DNA of 64,000 nucleotides from Candidatus Aenigmatarchaeota archaeon (GCA_043814985.1 JBDRJK010000011.1:26778-90777), one strand, 5' to 3'; shown: positions 1 through 9,519, numbered from the stretch's first letter. Notes: generated by a model from the sequence alone, not told the origin. Numbers and translations: made by a program.

Positions 1-652
1 AGCCTGTTGTATGCGAATCTCTCTCAATTGTCAAAACAGCCTTTGTTGCCAGAGCTTCATTGTCTCCCTTTATCCAGATTACGCCGTTCTGTCCAACAAT
101 TATCTGGCACTTGGTCTTGTCCTTTATCAGCTCTATCATTGAGCCAGCCTTTCCTATGACCCTTGGGACCTTTGAAGGCATGATTTTCAATAGTCTTCCG
201 CCAATCAATTTCCTTGTCCTCTGGTCGTCCATTGTTAATTGGACTCTTTTTGTCTTGGAGACACTTAAAACTTTTGAATATATCACGTCTCCTATGTCAT
301 AGTAAACTGAGATATCTGTTTTATTCAAGTCAACGTATTCGCCGACAGCCTCTCCTAAAAGCAGTATTGCTGTGTATGGGGAGTTTATGTTGACAATCCA
401 CATTGTTGTCTGCATGTCCTCTACAAAACCAATAACTCCGTCCCTTGGTTTGGGAATGTAAACTCCTGCAAGAGGAATGACACTTACAAACCTTTCCTTT
501 ACTCTTGATAAACCCAGAATTTTTGATTTTATTTGATTCTCATCCCTGAAACTTCCTTGGGATGGGAGAAAATCTAGGCCTGTTGCCAGAGGTTCTCCAG
601 GAATTACCAGTTGCCTTTCATTAACTAAAAGTTCAGATTTTACTTCATTCAT
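1..652 (-). CDS. rrp4: Exosome RNA-binding subunit Rrp4 (runs off the window start)
   Basis: Manual translation from ATG at 652: MNEVKSELLVNERQLVIPGEPLA...GVYIPKPRDGVIG (S1)...PSKVPRVIGKAGSMI...IIVGQNGVIWI (KH); follows SBDS. Confidence 0.93.
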   Translation of the reverse strand, partial: MNEVKSELLVNERQLVIPGEPLATGLDFLPSQGSFRDENQIKSKILGLSRVKERFVSVIPLAGVYIPKPRDGVIGFVEDMQTTMWIVNINSPYTAILLLGEAVGEYVDLNKTDISVYYDIGDVIYSKVLSVSKTKRVQLTMDDQRTRKLIGGRLLKIMPSKVPRVIGKAGSMIELIKDKTKCQIIVGQNGVIWIKGDNEALATKAVLTIERDSHTTG

Positions 653-654
653 TT

Positions 655-1362
655 TTATTCACCTACTCTTTTTATTATTTTAACCTCAACCTGCCCGTGG
701 GTCAGGTTGTTCAGTCTATCATAAACTTCCTGCTGGATGCCAGCAGGTATCTCTATCATTGACAAAAGGCTTCCGTCAGAAGCCCACTCTTCTTTTAATA
801 GGGTACCGAAGCTTCTTAAAATATTACTAGACTTGCCCGCGAACGAGGAGGGTATCCTGATTGCAAGCTGTATCCTCTCTATCTTTATCGGCATGATGCT
901 TTGTATGCTGTTTATCACACGGTCAATCTGCTCCTCGACCCTCTTGTCCAGGTCAACCCTTACCTTTGCCTCGTCCATTGCCCTCAGTATCCTGTCTGCA
1001 GGATGAGGGAGGTTGTTCTGCGGGTTAACACTCCTCTTGGAAATAATGTTTGCAATTGCTTTTGTTTTCTCCTCAATCATCTGCCTTCTTTGGTCAGTTG
1101 TAAGCTGGACCTCGCCATCTTTTATTATTGTCTTTACAATAACTTTCATGTCATTGGTCCCGAAGACCTTGTTGATGTTTTCCTTAGATGCTCTAAGACC
1201 CTTTTTAGAATCCTCGTAAACCTCTTCAGAGGCAATTATATCATCTAGAGCAATATCTTTACCCATCCTAAGTTCCAGTGCTCTCTCAGGATCAACAAGT
1301 ATTTCAAACTTTTCTCCTGATTTTGACAACCTGGCTATAACAGCCTTTTCTACAGAAATCAT
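655..1362 (-). CDS. sdo1: Ribosome maturation factor SBDS/Sdo1
   Basis: ARL..GEKFEILVDP, GEVQLTTDQRR, NPQNNLPHPADRI motifs; exosome operon context. Confidence 0.95.
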   Translation of the reverse strand: MISVEKAVIARLSKSGEKFEILVDPERALELRMGKDIALDDIIASEEVYEDSKKGLRASKENINKVFGTNDMKVIVKTIIKDGEVQLTTDQRRQMIEEKTKAIANIISKRSVNPQNNLPHPADRILRAMDEAKVRVDLDKRVEEQIDRVINSIQSIMPIKIERIQLAIRIPSSFAGKSSNILRSFGTLLKEEWASDGSLLSMIEIPAGIQQEVYDRLNNLTHGQVEVKIIKRVGE

Positions 1363-1388
1363 TTAACCAACTTTGTAAATTATTCATA

Positions 1389-2102
1389 CTACCAGTACTT
1401 TTTGATGAATTTTAATCCATCGTTACCATGATATTTTTTAAATCCCTTACCATTAATGACAGCCAGTTCAATCTCTTCAGGTTTTAATCCCTTTTCTCCT
1501 ACTTTCAAGGCCTTCACACCGAGCTTGATTGCTTCTTCCTCGCTTAGGTTCTCCTTCCACTGCTTCTTCAAAAGCTTCATTGCTTCTGGCGCTCCCCTTC
1601 CTATTACCTGTGCCTTCCAGCCGTAATATGCTGATGAGGGATCTATCTCGAAAAGCTGCGGGCCTTTCTCGTCTATTCCTCCAAGCAAGAAGGCAACTCC
1701 GAAAGGCCTTACGCCTCCGTATTGTGTGTACAGTTGCATCTTGTCGGATAATTCCTTGACTGCTCCCATGACATTTAACGGCTCGTCATAAGTCAGCTTG
1801 TAAACCTGTGCTTTAACCCTTCCCATGTCAATTAGGACTCTTCCGTCTGCCATGAATCCTGATATGGCAGCTCCCAGATGGTCGTCTATCTGATGGACTT
1901 TCTCTCCGCTGCCGTCAGGCACTGCCAGCTCCATTATTGGCTTTGATGCAATTAGAACAACTCCATTGCCAAATATCAAGCCTATTGAAGTTGTTCCCCT
2001 TTTAACAGCTTCCCTTGCATACTCTACCTGGAACAACCTTCCATCAGGAGAAAATGTTACTATTGCCCTATCATAACCCATCATTTCTGGTATAGCTTGT
2101 AT
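1389..2102 (-). CDS. psmA: Proteasome alpha subunit (ATG at 2084, or ATA at 2102 just after the SD)
   Basis: GYDRAIVTFSPDGRLFQVEYAREAV, YTQYGGVRPFGV. Confidence 0.95.
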   Translation of the reverse strand: MQAIPEMMGYDRAIVTFSPDGRLFQVEYAREAVKRGTTSIGLIFGNGVVLIASKPIMELAVPDGSGEKVHQIDDHLGAAISGFMADGRVLIDMGRVKAQVYKLTYDEPLNVMGAVKELSDKMQLYTQYGGVRPFGVAFLLGGIDEKGPQLFEIDPSSAYYGWKAQVIGRGAPEAMKLLKKQWKENLSEEEAIKLGVKALKVGEKGLKPEEIELAVINGKGFKKYHGNDGLKFIKKYW

Positions 2103-2153
2103 AATATCACCTTAGATGTTATTACTTTACAATTTCTAACTTTATAAAGATTT

Positions 2154-2459
2154 TCATATATCTGATAGTTCTTTTTCTAGACCGTCCAGATCGAACTTAG
2201 CTCTGTATTCTTCCCAGCCTCTGATAAATTCAGTCCCCTTTTCTTTAAGATAATATAAGCTTTTTGTGGGACCACTTCCTGTTTCATTTTTCTCTGGCTT
2301 CCTATAACCAATATATTGCTTTTCTTCTAGAAATTCTAAATATTTTGTGATTTCACCGCCAGTGTTACTTTTTCTTGAAATTGCTGATTGGCTTTTTCCA
2401 TTTGAATTCTTAAGAGAATTCAATACGTCTATACACATTTCAAATTTACGCCTCCTCAT
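2154..2459 (-). CDS. Winged helix-turn-helix protein
   Basis: RRKFEMCIDVL...SAISRKSN...KYLEFLEEKQYI...YYLKEKG pattern of small archaeal wHTH proteins. Confidence 0.7.
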   Translation of the reverse strand: MRRRKFEMCIDVLNSLKNSNGKSQSAISRKSNTGGEITKYLEFLEEKQYIGYRKPEKNETGSGPTKSLYYLKEKGTEFIRGWEEYRAKFDLDGLEKELSDI

Positions 2460-2733
2460 TATTATTACCTACAGACGATTCCAATTCTTCTGCAAATTTT
2501 TTATACTGTTTCCATTCACTGAGAAAATCCAATCCATTATCAGTTATAGCATAATGGGTCCTTTTCCCCACGCCCTCTGTTGAAGCATGTCCTCTTCGGA
2601 TAGCCACGCGCAAATATTTTTTGGCAGTTGTTATATTCGCGTTTGAGGAATACATAATTTTAGTTACCCCTTTCTTACTCTTTTCAATTGAACCTAATAT
2701 ATCCATATACAATTGAATTCTATTTCTTTTCAT
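2446..2733 (-). CDS. Winged helix-turn-helix protein (paralogous to its neighbour)
   Basis: KRNRIQLYMDIL...TKIMYSSNAN...KKYL...YAITDNG. Confidence 0.75.
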   Translation of the reverse strand: MKRNRIQLYMDILGSIEKSKKGVTKIMYSSNANITTAKKYLRVAIRRGHASTEGVGKRTHYAITDNGLDFLSEWKQYKKFAEELESSVGNNNEEA

Positions 2734-2781
2734 GAAAGCACTAAGAATAATAAAAAAATTAAAGATTTAAACCCCCGCGAA

Positions 2782-3165
2782 TCAAGACGTGAATTCTGTT
2801 AATCTTGTTTCACCGAAGAACTTCATCTTGGCTGCCTTGATTGTTCCCGAGACTCCCAGCACCTTGACAACAACCCTTGTGTCACCTATCCTTTCCATCA
2901 ATGCCAATGAAGCCCTGATATGCTCCACAGTTAAGTGAGAACATCTTATCAGGCCCATCTGTTTCTTCTCATCATAAATATCCCTTGCAATCCAGATGTC
3001 AGCCTCGGAAGAGCCATGCTCTCCTAAAAAGTTCAGGATGGAATGCCATATGCTGTTGATAAGGTCCTGCAGCAATACCTTCTCTTCCGATATCACCTGA
3101 TAGGCAATGTACCTTCTCCTTCCCCTCAGGCTCGGGGGCAGTGATTTCGGTCTTCTATCATCCAT
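2782..3165 (-). CDS. rnp2: RNase P protein Pop5 (Rnp2)
   Basis: LPPSLRGRRRYIAY, GLIRCSH, VLGVSGTIKAAK; ATG 1 nt after the rpp30 stop. Confidence 0.92.
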   Translation of the reverse strand: MDDRRPKSLPPSLRGRRRYIAYQVISEEKVLLQDLINSIWHSILNFLGEHGSSEADIWIARDIYDEKKQMGLIRCSHLTVEHIRASLALMERIGDTRVVVKVLGVSGTIKAAKMKFFGETRLTEFTS

Positions 3166-3166
3166 A

Positions 3167-3886
3167 CTAATCAACCACCTCAACACCATCTGTTATTTTT
3201 GTGCCTTCCAAAGTCTTCATGTTGTTTTGGATGATTTCCTGCGGGACAGACGTTACTCCATGGAATGCCTTGCCCAAGTCCAGACCAAGGACATTTGCCA
3301 TTGACACCAATTCCCTTGGTGCCCTCATGTCCCAGATGCTCTTGGCTCCTGAAGAGATTATGACCGGTGTCCTGTATTGGTTTGTCAGGTTGATGTTCTT
3401 TGTTATATGGTTGAGTATATATGACCTGGGCTTCCTGAAAGAGTAAAGAATCTCCCTGAAGTTTATCTGGATTGCCATGTTGTTCCTTGTGGCGCATGCC
3501 AAGCACACCTGATCCAAGCCGCTGTCTATTCTTCCCAACTCTGGGTGGGCAAGTATGTCCACCCTCGGGTCCTCGCATGCAGCCCTGTTAATATTATAGT
3601 TGCCTCCGGCGACAACAACAACCATGGCATTCTCCCTGGCCTTGGTTATCATTTCCTTTAGTTCGGGAACATTCTTTGCCTGTATGTAGGCCCCTGCATA
3701 GACTTCTGTATTAGTCTCAAGCTTGCTGATTGCTTCCTTTAGCTTGTCTATATTTTCCTTGTTCTCAAAGGTATCGCATATTGCTATTCCAGTGTATCCC
3801 AGCTTCTGCGCAAACTCGACTATCTCTTGTAGTGTATTATCACCGCTGGACAAATTGCTCTGGATGTGTAAGTCGTAAAATTTCGT
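3167..3886 (-). CDS. rnp3: RNase P protein Rpp30 (Rnp3); probable ACG start at 3886
   Basis: KFYDLHIQS N-terminus upstream of the ORF-track start; INRAACEDPRVDILAHP, ISSGAKSIWDMRAPREL. Confidence 0.9.
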   Translation of the reverse strand, partial: TKFYDLHIQSNLSSGDNTLQEIVEFAQKLGYTGIAICDTFENKENIDKLKEAISKLETNTEVYAGAYIQAKNVPELKEMITKARENAMVVVVAGGNYNINRAACEDPRVDILAHPELGRIDSGLDQVCLACATRNNMAIQINFREILYSFRKPRSYILNHITKNINLTNQYRTPVIISSGAKSIWDMRAPRELVSMANVLGLDLGKAFHGVTSVPQEIIQNNMKTLEGTKITDGVEVVD

Positions 3887-4013
3887 TCAAATCACCTTTT
3901 TAGAATTTGCTTTTTAAGTTTAAAAAATAGGTTGGAAAAAAAGAATTGTCAATTTTAGTGTATATAATTCTATTACCTTTTTATACCTAGAATTTAAATA
4001 ATTTTTAGATAGT

Positions 4014-4586
4014 ATGCCAAACATTACGGAAAGTATACAAAAAGAAATGAAGAGCTTACCTACTAATTTTGTACTTATGGTATTAGTCGATTCTATTAAT
4101 TATTCAAAGGTTAATTTAGGTATACTTGATTATATTATAAATAAAATGCAGGTAGGCGGAGTTTATATCTCTGTAAACAGGCCGGCTGACAGTATGATAA
4201 AAACCTTACAAGAAAAAAACATTAACACAAAAAAGATGTTTTTTATAGATTGTATATCCAAGACAGTCAGTGGAAAGATGGAGAGGAAAGAAAACATTTT
4301 ATACGCAACCTCACCAGAGAACCTAACTGATATTGGTTTTGCAATATCACAAATAATAAAATCGACAAAATCACCAGATTATTTTTTATTTTTGGATTCA
4401 GTTTCGACTCTGTTGATATATAATAGTGTAAGAAGCGTTGCCAAATTCAGCCATTTTTTAATAAATATAATAAGAATGAATAATTTAAAAGGGGTTGTAA
4501 TGTCCGTAGAAAAGGAAACAGATAAATTTGTTAGGAGAACGCTCTATGTTTTATCTGATAAAGTAATCAATTTTGGAGGCAAATAG
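4014..4586 (+). CDS. Inactive KaiC/RecA-fold protein (DUF835-like)
   Basis: GVYISVNRP, FFIDCIS, FLFLDSVSTLLIYN, LSDKVI; no Walker A. Confidence 0.7.
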   Translation: MPNITESIQKEMKSLPTNFVLMVLVDSINYSKVNLGILDYIINKMQVGGVYISVNRPADSMIKTLQEKNINTKKMFFIDCISKTVSGKMERKENILYATSPENLTDIGFAISQIIKSTKSPDYFLFLDSVSTLLIYNSVRSVAKFSHFLINIIRMNNLKGVVMSVEKETDKFVRRTLYVLSDKVINFGGK

Positions 4587-4587
4587 T

Positions 4588-4974
4588 ATGGCTCAAATCC
4601 CATTTTTATTAGGTGTAACTTCCTTGCTTATCATGATGGTAGCAGTAGTAATATTTACTATTTCTTATAGAAGACTCTCGAAAGGAGAGTTCAAAAAAAT
4701 TTTAAAATGGCTGCTACTCGGATTTTATTTCATGGTAATTCCTTATAGTTTATTTGTAAGTCGGGAAATAGGTTTATTAGAAGAATATCACGAAACTATA
4801 AGTTTGACTATATATTCTTTCATGGTTATCACAGGTTTATGTATTCTTAAATCGTCATTTGTATTAAATAATTTTTCAAAAATTTTTGGGTTTGCTGATA
4901 TAGGAGAAGAGTTCTCCAAAACATTCACAGATAATAGCAAAAATACAAGTAAGAGAAAAGAGGAGGCTGGGTGA
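4588..4974 (+). CDS. Small membrane protein (about 3 TM)
   Basis: Three hydrophobic segments; GGAGG SD; ATG 1 nt after the upstream stop. Confidence 0.6.
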   Translation: MAQIPFLLGVTSLLIMMVAVVIFTISYRRLSKGEFKKILKWLLLGFYFMVIPYSLFVSREIGLLEEYHETISLTIYSFMVITGLCILKSSFVLNNFSKIFGFADIGEEFSKTFTDNSKNTSKRKEEAG

Positions 4975-4975
4975 A

Positions 4976-5761
4976 ATGAAAAGAAATGAATTGATAGGAA
5001 TTGGAGCGGCAATAGCCATGCCTCTTTTGATTTATGGAATTTCTAATTTACAAGGAATATACTTTACCTTTTCGTCTATAGTCCTGCATTTTATAATAGA
5101 ACTTTTTAGCATTATTGTGGGAATAGTAATATTTTACTTTGCAGTTCAAGGATTTAGAAAAACAGGAGACAGACAAATTCTCTTATTAGGTTCTGCATTC
5201 TTGCTGCTGGGATTGATTGATATGTTTCATACATTTGCTTTCAAGAATATGCCCGCTATCATTGTTCCTACTGGGGCAGCATATGCCACTTACTATTGGA
5301 TTTTAAGCAAAGTATTTGGAGTAGTTTTATTGTTTCTAAGCATTTTACTACCTAATGCTGTTGTCAATGAAAAATATAGAAAAAAACTAGTTTCGTGTGC
5401 TACAGTAAGCATAGTCATCTTTTCGCTTTTCATTGGCTGGTTTGTTGCAAATTATATTGAAATCTTACCTCCAGTTTTTATTGAAGGGGTAGGCCTAACT
5501 CCATTAAAGATATACTTGGAATATTCTGTAATGCTTTTGCTTGCTGTAACTTCTTTAATCTGTTTAAGAATGTTCATGAAAACCGGCAACAAAGTGTTGT
5601 ACTGGTTTATTCTCGGCTTCATTTTCTTTATAATGAGCGAACTAAGCTTTACATTCTACAAAGACGTATGGGATACTTACATATGGCTAGGGCATCTGTT
5701 CAAAGTTGCTTCTTACAGCCTCTTTCTAATGGGATTAGTCCGATTGGGTAAAAAATCTTAA
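4976..5761 (+). CDS. Stand-alone MASE3-type membrane sensor
   Basis: HFIIELFSI, GLIDMFHTFAFKNMP, FIEGVGLTPLKIYLEY, SELSFTFY, WLGHLFK; no kinase or cyclase domain. Confidence 0.8.
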   Translation: MKRNELIGIGAAIAMPLLIYGISNLQGIYFTFSSIVLHFIIELFSIIVGIVIFYFAVQGFRKTGDRQILLLGSAFLLLGLIDMFHTFAFKNMPAIIVPTGAAYATYYWILSKVFGVVLLFLSILLPNAVVNEKYRKKLVSCATVSIVIFSLFIGWFVANYIEILPPVFIEGVGLTPLKIYLEYSVMLLLAVTSLICLRMFMKTGNKVLYWFILGFIFFIMSELSFTFYKDVWDTYIWLGHLFKVASYSLFLMGLVRLGKKS

Positions 5762-5833
5762 TTACTTTTTCTCAGGCTCATTTCTCTTAAACCTAGCAAA
5801 AACTAACTAAATAGACAAGAGTTTAAGATAAGA

Positions 5834-6070
5834 CTATTTCTTCATGCCTTTCAAGATGAAAGTGAAGATTAACCATGCTAAAAACCCGTATATCACGCCG
5901 TTGAAGACTGCTGAGACCATGGTTGTCGTGGCTATTCCCAATATTGGTTCATCGACAGCAGGAATTCCTAGTATGTCGTATATCTGTCTTCCAACTGGAA
6001 AGTCTGGATATATCAACGTAAATACCAATAATACCACGAAGACAATCAAGAATAATGTTGCACCTCTCAT
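5834..6070 (-). CDS. Small 2-TM membrane protein
   Basis: Two hydrophobic helices; AVFNGVIYG. Confidence 0.55.
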   Translation of the reverse strand: MRGATLFLIVFVVLLVFTLIYPDFPVGRQIYDILGIPAVDEPILGIATTTMVSAVFNGVIYGFLAWLIFTFILKGMKK

Positions 6071-6106
6071 AATTTTAACTTTCAAGAAGGTCGGTTAAAT
6101 ACTTAA

Positions 6107-6649
6107 CTATTTCTTGCTCGGCTTGCTTCTTCTCTCAAAGCCCCTTTGCAGGCTTCTGGATTTCTTTCCCGCAGATGTCAAGCCTCTGAAAGCTCTTCTC
6201 TTGGTGTTGCAAACCCAATTCAATTTTTTATCATTCTTTATGCATGAATGTTCTGGATCTACCATAATGACCTCGAACCACTTGTGCTTGCCATCCTCGG
6301 CAACGTAGTAAGAATTCAATACTTCAAGGTTGGGGAACTTCCTGTTGGCCCTCATCTCTGATATGTGCTGCATATTCATCTTGGGGTTCATCTTAGTAAG
6401 ACCAGAGTGAGCAGGCTTCCTACCGCCAGAGGGCTTCTCCCTCTTCGAGGAACCCTTGCCAATCCTTATCCTTGTCATGACAAAGCCCTGCTTGGCCTTG
6501 TAGCCTAAGGCATGAGCCCTGTCCAGACGGGTGGGTTTGTCTATTCTTATTAGAACAGGTTCCTTTCTCCAAGAAATGAGCCTTTTCTTCATTACTTCTT
6601 TATGCTCTTCGCTTCTCCAAAATAATTTCATGTACTTTTGATAACCCAC
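6107..6649 (-). CDS. rpl15e: 50S ribosomal protein L15e
   Basis: PTRLDRAHALGYKAKQG, NLEVLNSYYVAEDGKHKWFEVIMVDP, RAFRGLTSAGKKSR. Confidence 0.97.
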   Translation of the reverse strand: MGYQKYMKLFWRSEEHKEVMKKRLISWRKEPVLIRIDKPTRLDRAHALGYKAKQGFVMTRIRIGKGSSKREKPSGGRKPAHSGLTKMNPKMNMQHISEMRANRKFPNLEVLNSYYVAEDGKHKWFEVIMVDPEHSCIKNDKKLNWVCNTKRRAFRGLTSAGKKSRSLQRGFERRSKPSKK

Positions 6650-6770
6650 TCACATCACCTTAAAGGTTTCAAGCTAATGAATATATAGATACCACGCAAG
6701 GGTTTTTATTCTTTATGGTTCTTAGAAAACTTTTTATATCTTGAATATTATAAAGAAATCAGGTGAATTA

Positions 6771-6986
6771 ATGGGTATAGGTAAAATATTGATTGGAATC
6801 GTACTGGTCGTAATCGGCTTGTGGGCAATTGTACCAATTTCCTGGAGCGGTTTGGGATTGTGGGAAGAACTGTACACAGTTGTCAAGGGCATTCTGCCAG
6901 CATTTGTAGTATTCATAGGAGCAGTGCTGGTCTGGATCGAGTCAGAAGAGCTGAAGGTTTCAAAGCCCAAGAGAAAAAGACGCTAG
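6771..6986 (+). CDS. Small 2-TM membrane protein
   Basis: GGTGA SD before ATG; two TM segments and a basic tail. Confidence 0.6.
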   Translation: MGIGKILIGIVLVVIGLWAIVPISWSGLGLWEELYTVVKGILPAFVVFIGAVLVWIESEELKVSKPKRKRR

Positions 6987-7972
6987 ATTCTCAGGCTTTC
7001 TATTCTGTCTCTTTCAAGGGGGAAGACCTTTACAGGCTTTACTAATTTTTCTTTTCCATATTTTACAAGAGTTTCTTCTTTAGAATCAGAGTATCTGGCT
7101 GTCAGCTTGGCTGCCAAGTTTATTGCCTTCTTTGTCTTCGGTCCTTTCAGAATCGTTATGGGGCTTCCCCAGTAGGGAGCTTCGAACATGTAGTCTGTTT
7201 TATTCTTCATTGCCTTTAGCATGTTGTTCTCAATCTCGTTCCTGCCGACAATTATCTTGTTCTTCCCATGTCTGAAGTGCCTTCCCAGTTTCAACAGTTC
7301 AATGTCCTCTGGTTTAATTGCTCTCTTGTGCTTGAATAAATCTCTGATTTTTGCTGCGAACTCGGTATTGCAGAGTATGCAGCCTCCTGCAGGGTTTGGG
7401 AAATCCTTCAGCTTGAACCTTCTTGCCAGATCAAACTGCGGCTCCCTCCTTCTCCCGCTTATATCCAAAAGCTTGCTTCTGTCAACCCACTTCTTCTTTT
7501 CAGCCTCTGTTTCAGGCAACAGCTTTGCTGACAAAGGTCTTAGCAGCTTCCCCTTTAATCCTGCTTTTGTCTCGATCAATTCCATGGCGCTTCTGTTCTG
7601 GCTCATCGGCCTTTCACCGACAACCTCTCCTGTGAAAATGAACTTGGCTTTTATTTTTTTGGCATAAACTTTTGCCTTTTTCAGCATGAATATCCTGCAA
7701 TCGATGCAAGGGTTCATGCCGACTCCGTGACCGTGCTTTGGTTTTTTTACTAATCTAATATATTCCTGGAATTCTTTGCCCTTTGTCACATCAACAATAT
7801 GCAAAGGAGTTTCTTCGACTTGTGTGAACTTGAAAGCGCAGTCAGATAGACAGCATCCCTTGAAGGGGAGCTTGAAGTGCAATGCTTCTACTCTTATTCC
7901 CTGCTCTTGTATTAGTTTTATTGCCAGTCTGCTGTCCAAACCGCCGGATAACAGTCCCAGTGCCTTTACCAT
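6983..7972 (-). CDS. PP-loop tRNA thiolation enzyme (ThiI/MnmA-like)
   Basis: ALGLLSGGLDS PP-loop, NPCIDCR, TGEVVGERPMSQ, PAGGCILC, GRHFR...IIVGRN. Confidence 0.85.
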   Translation of the reverse strand: MVKALGLLSGGLDSRLAIKLIQEQGIRVEALHFKLPFKGCCLSDCAFKFTQVEETPLHIVDVTKGKEFQEYIRLVKKPKHGHGVGMNPCIDCRIFMLKKAKVYAKKIKAKFIFTGEVVGERPMSQNRSAMELIETKAGLKGKLLRPLSAKLLPETEAEKKKWVDRSKLLDISGRRREPQFDLARRFKLKDFPNPAGGCILCNTEFAAKIRDLFKHKRAIKPEDIELLKLGRHFRHGKNKIIVGRNEIENNMLKAMKNKTDYMFEAPYWGSPITILKGPKTKKAINLAAKLTARYSDSKEETLVKYGKEKLVKPVKVFPLERDRIESLRI

Positions 7973-8042
7973 AATAGAAATCATTATAGAGAATTTAAAA
8001 ACAATGCACAAGTTTAAATTTTTTTCTCCCTGAAATGTTATT

Positions 8043-8483
8043 ATGACAGACTCCGGAACACACATAAGATTAAGAGCGCATCATGTTGACACACTTTCTT
8101 ATTTAGACGGTATATGGTCAAGGAATTTTCTTGGGATAGAATATGGCAAAAAATTTGTGGAGAACATGGAAGCATTGAAGAATAGAATTACGCCTGACAC
8201 TTATATTGAAATCGTCTCAGGCTTGGATGACATGTGCATTAATTTTGGGTGCCCTCGTGTTGAGTATTGCAGGGCAGGTGATTATGAAGCTTGGCGCAGG
8301 GATGTTATCAAGAGAATAGAGGAATCTGATTTAATACCTGTATTTAAAGAAGTCCTCAAAAAGAACGTGATTAAGAGCGAAAGCCCTGAGGCGCTTGATG
8401 CAGAAGCTATTGAAAGATACTATCTTAAAAATATTATTGATAGAGGCCCGATTCTCAAGTTTGAGAGCATTAAGAGATTTTGA
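8043..8483 (+). CDS. DUF1284-like putative metal-binding protein
   Basis: IRLRAHH, YG..FVENM, DDMC..CP. Confidence 0.55.
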   Translation: MTDSGTHIRLRAHHVDTLSYLDGIWSRNFLGIEYGKKFVENMEALKNRITPDTYIEIVSGLDDMCINFGCPRVEYCRAGDYEAWRRDVIKRIEESDLIPVFKEVLKKNVIKSESPEALDAEAIERYYLKNIIDRGPILKFESIKRF

Positions 8484-8518
8484 AAAATATTTAAGCCGGC
8501 TTTATCAAGCTATTATAT

Positions 8519-8995
8519 ATGAGGGAATCCCTGAAAACAGGATTTAATTTTGGCCTAACTTCAGGAATAATTACAACCCTTGGTCTTATGGTAGGATTGC
8601 ATTCTGGGACGCACTCGACGCTTGCTGTTATCGGAGGCATTTTGACAATAGCAATAGCAGACGCTTTCTCTGATTCATTAGGTATTCATGTCTGCGAGGA
8701 GTCAGAGAACAAGCACACGACAAAGGAAATATGGGAAGCTACAATCTCCACATTCTTGACCAAGTTCTTTTTCGCATTGACCTTTTTTATCCCGGTTTTT
8801 TTGTTTGAGCTTGATACAGCAATTATAGTAAGCATTGCATGGGGATTGTCAATGATAAGCGTTCTCAGTTTTAACATGGCTAGAAAGGAAAAGGAACCTT
8901 ATTGGAAAGTTATAGGAGAGCATATTGCTATTGCACTTGTAGTTATAACCATAACTCATTTTGTCGGGGACTGGATAGCAGTTACGTTTGTTTAG
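8519..8995 (+). CDS. VIT1/CCC1-family transporter-like membrane protein
   Basis: FGLTSGIITTLGLMVGL, IAIADAFSDSLGIHV.EESE. Confidence 0.85.
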   Translation: MRESLKTGFNFGLTSGIITTLGLMVGLHSGTHSTLAVIGGILTIAIADAFSDSLGIHVCEESENKHTTKEIWEATISTFLTKFFFALTFFIPVFLFELDTAIIVSIAWGLSMISVLSFNMARKEKEPYWKVIGEHIAIALVVITITHFVGDWIAVTFV

Positions 8996-9002
8996 AATTA
9001 AG

Positions 9003-9019
9003 TCCTGCCCTCCGCATTA
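9003..9019 (+). repeat. 17-bp direct repeat, copy 1 (TCCTGCCCTCCGCATTA), resembling a tRNA 3' end
   Basis: Identical to 9520-9536; the two copies flank the PAS gene. Confidence 0.8.
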
Positions 9020-9084
9020 CGCTTGCCCTACAAAGAGTATGGGTTATTTTAAATCTTCTGACTTGCAAATAAATCTGTGTTTAA

Positions 9085-9489
9085 ATGATAGGACAAATAC
9101 CAAAAGATGTTTTGGAATCATTATTAGAGACTATTCCTGTAGAGTTTTCTATTCTTGATGAGAATGACAAAGTATTGGCTTGGAACAAGCATGACACAAG
9201 AATTTTCAAAAGACCTGAAGGTGTTATTGGAAGGGACGTCAGGAACTGCCATCCAAAAAAGAGCCTTGAAAAAGTAGAAAAAATAATACAAGAAATGAAA
9301 GATGGCAAAAGGGATGTGGTAGAATTCTACATAGACTTACCTATCGGTGAAAGCAAGGATAAGCATAAGATTTTAATCAGATATTTTGCTCTGCGTGACA
9401 AGAAAAATAAATATCTGGGTTGTCTTGAGGTTACTCAAGACATTACACATATCCAAAAGTTAAAGGGCGAAAAGAGACTACTTGATTGA
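9085..9489 (+). CDS. Stand-alone PAS-domain protein
   Basis: LETIPVEFSILDEND, RIFKRP..VIGRDVRNCHP, YFALRD...YLGCLEVTQDIT. Confidence 0.85.
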   Translation: MIGQIPKDVLESLLETIPVEFSILDENDKVLAWNKHDTRIFKRPEGVIGRDVRNCHPKKSLEKVEKIIQEMKDGKRDVVEFYIDLPIGESKDKHKILIRYFALRDKKNKYLGCLEVTQDITHIQKLKGEKRLLD

Positions 9490-9519
9490 AGCTGGTAAAA
9501 AGTGGAATGATAGTAGCGT

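Noticed and set aside
5762..5793. Possible rpl15e 3' remnant (FKRNEPEKK* vs FERRSKPSKK*)
   Set aside because: Too short and too Lys-rich to separate from chance
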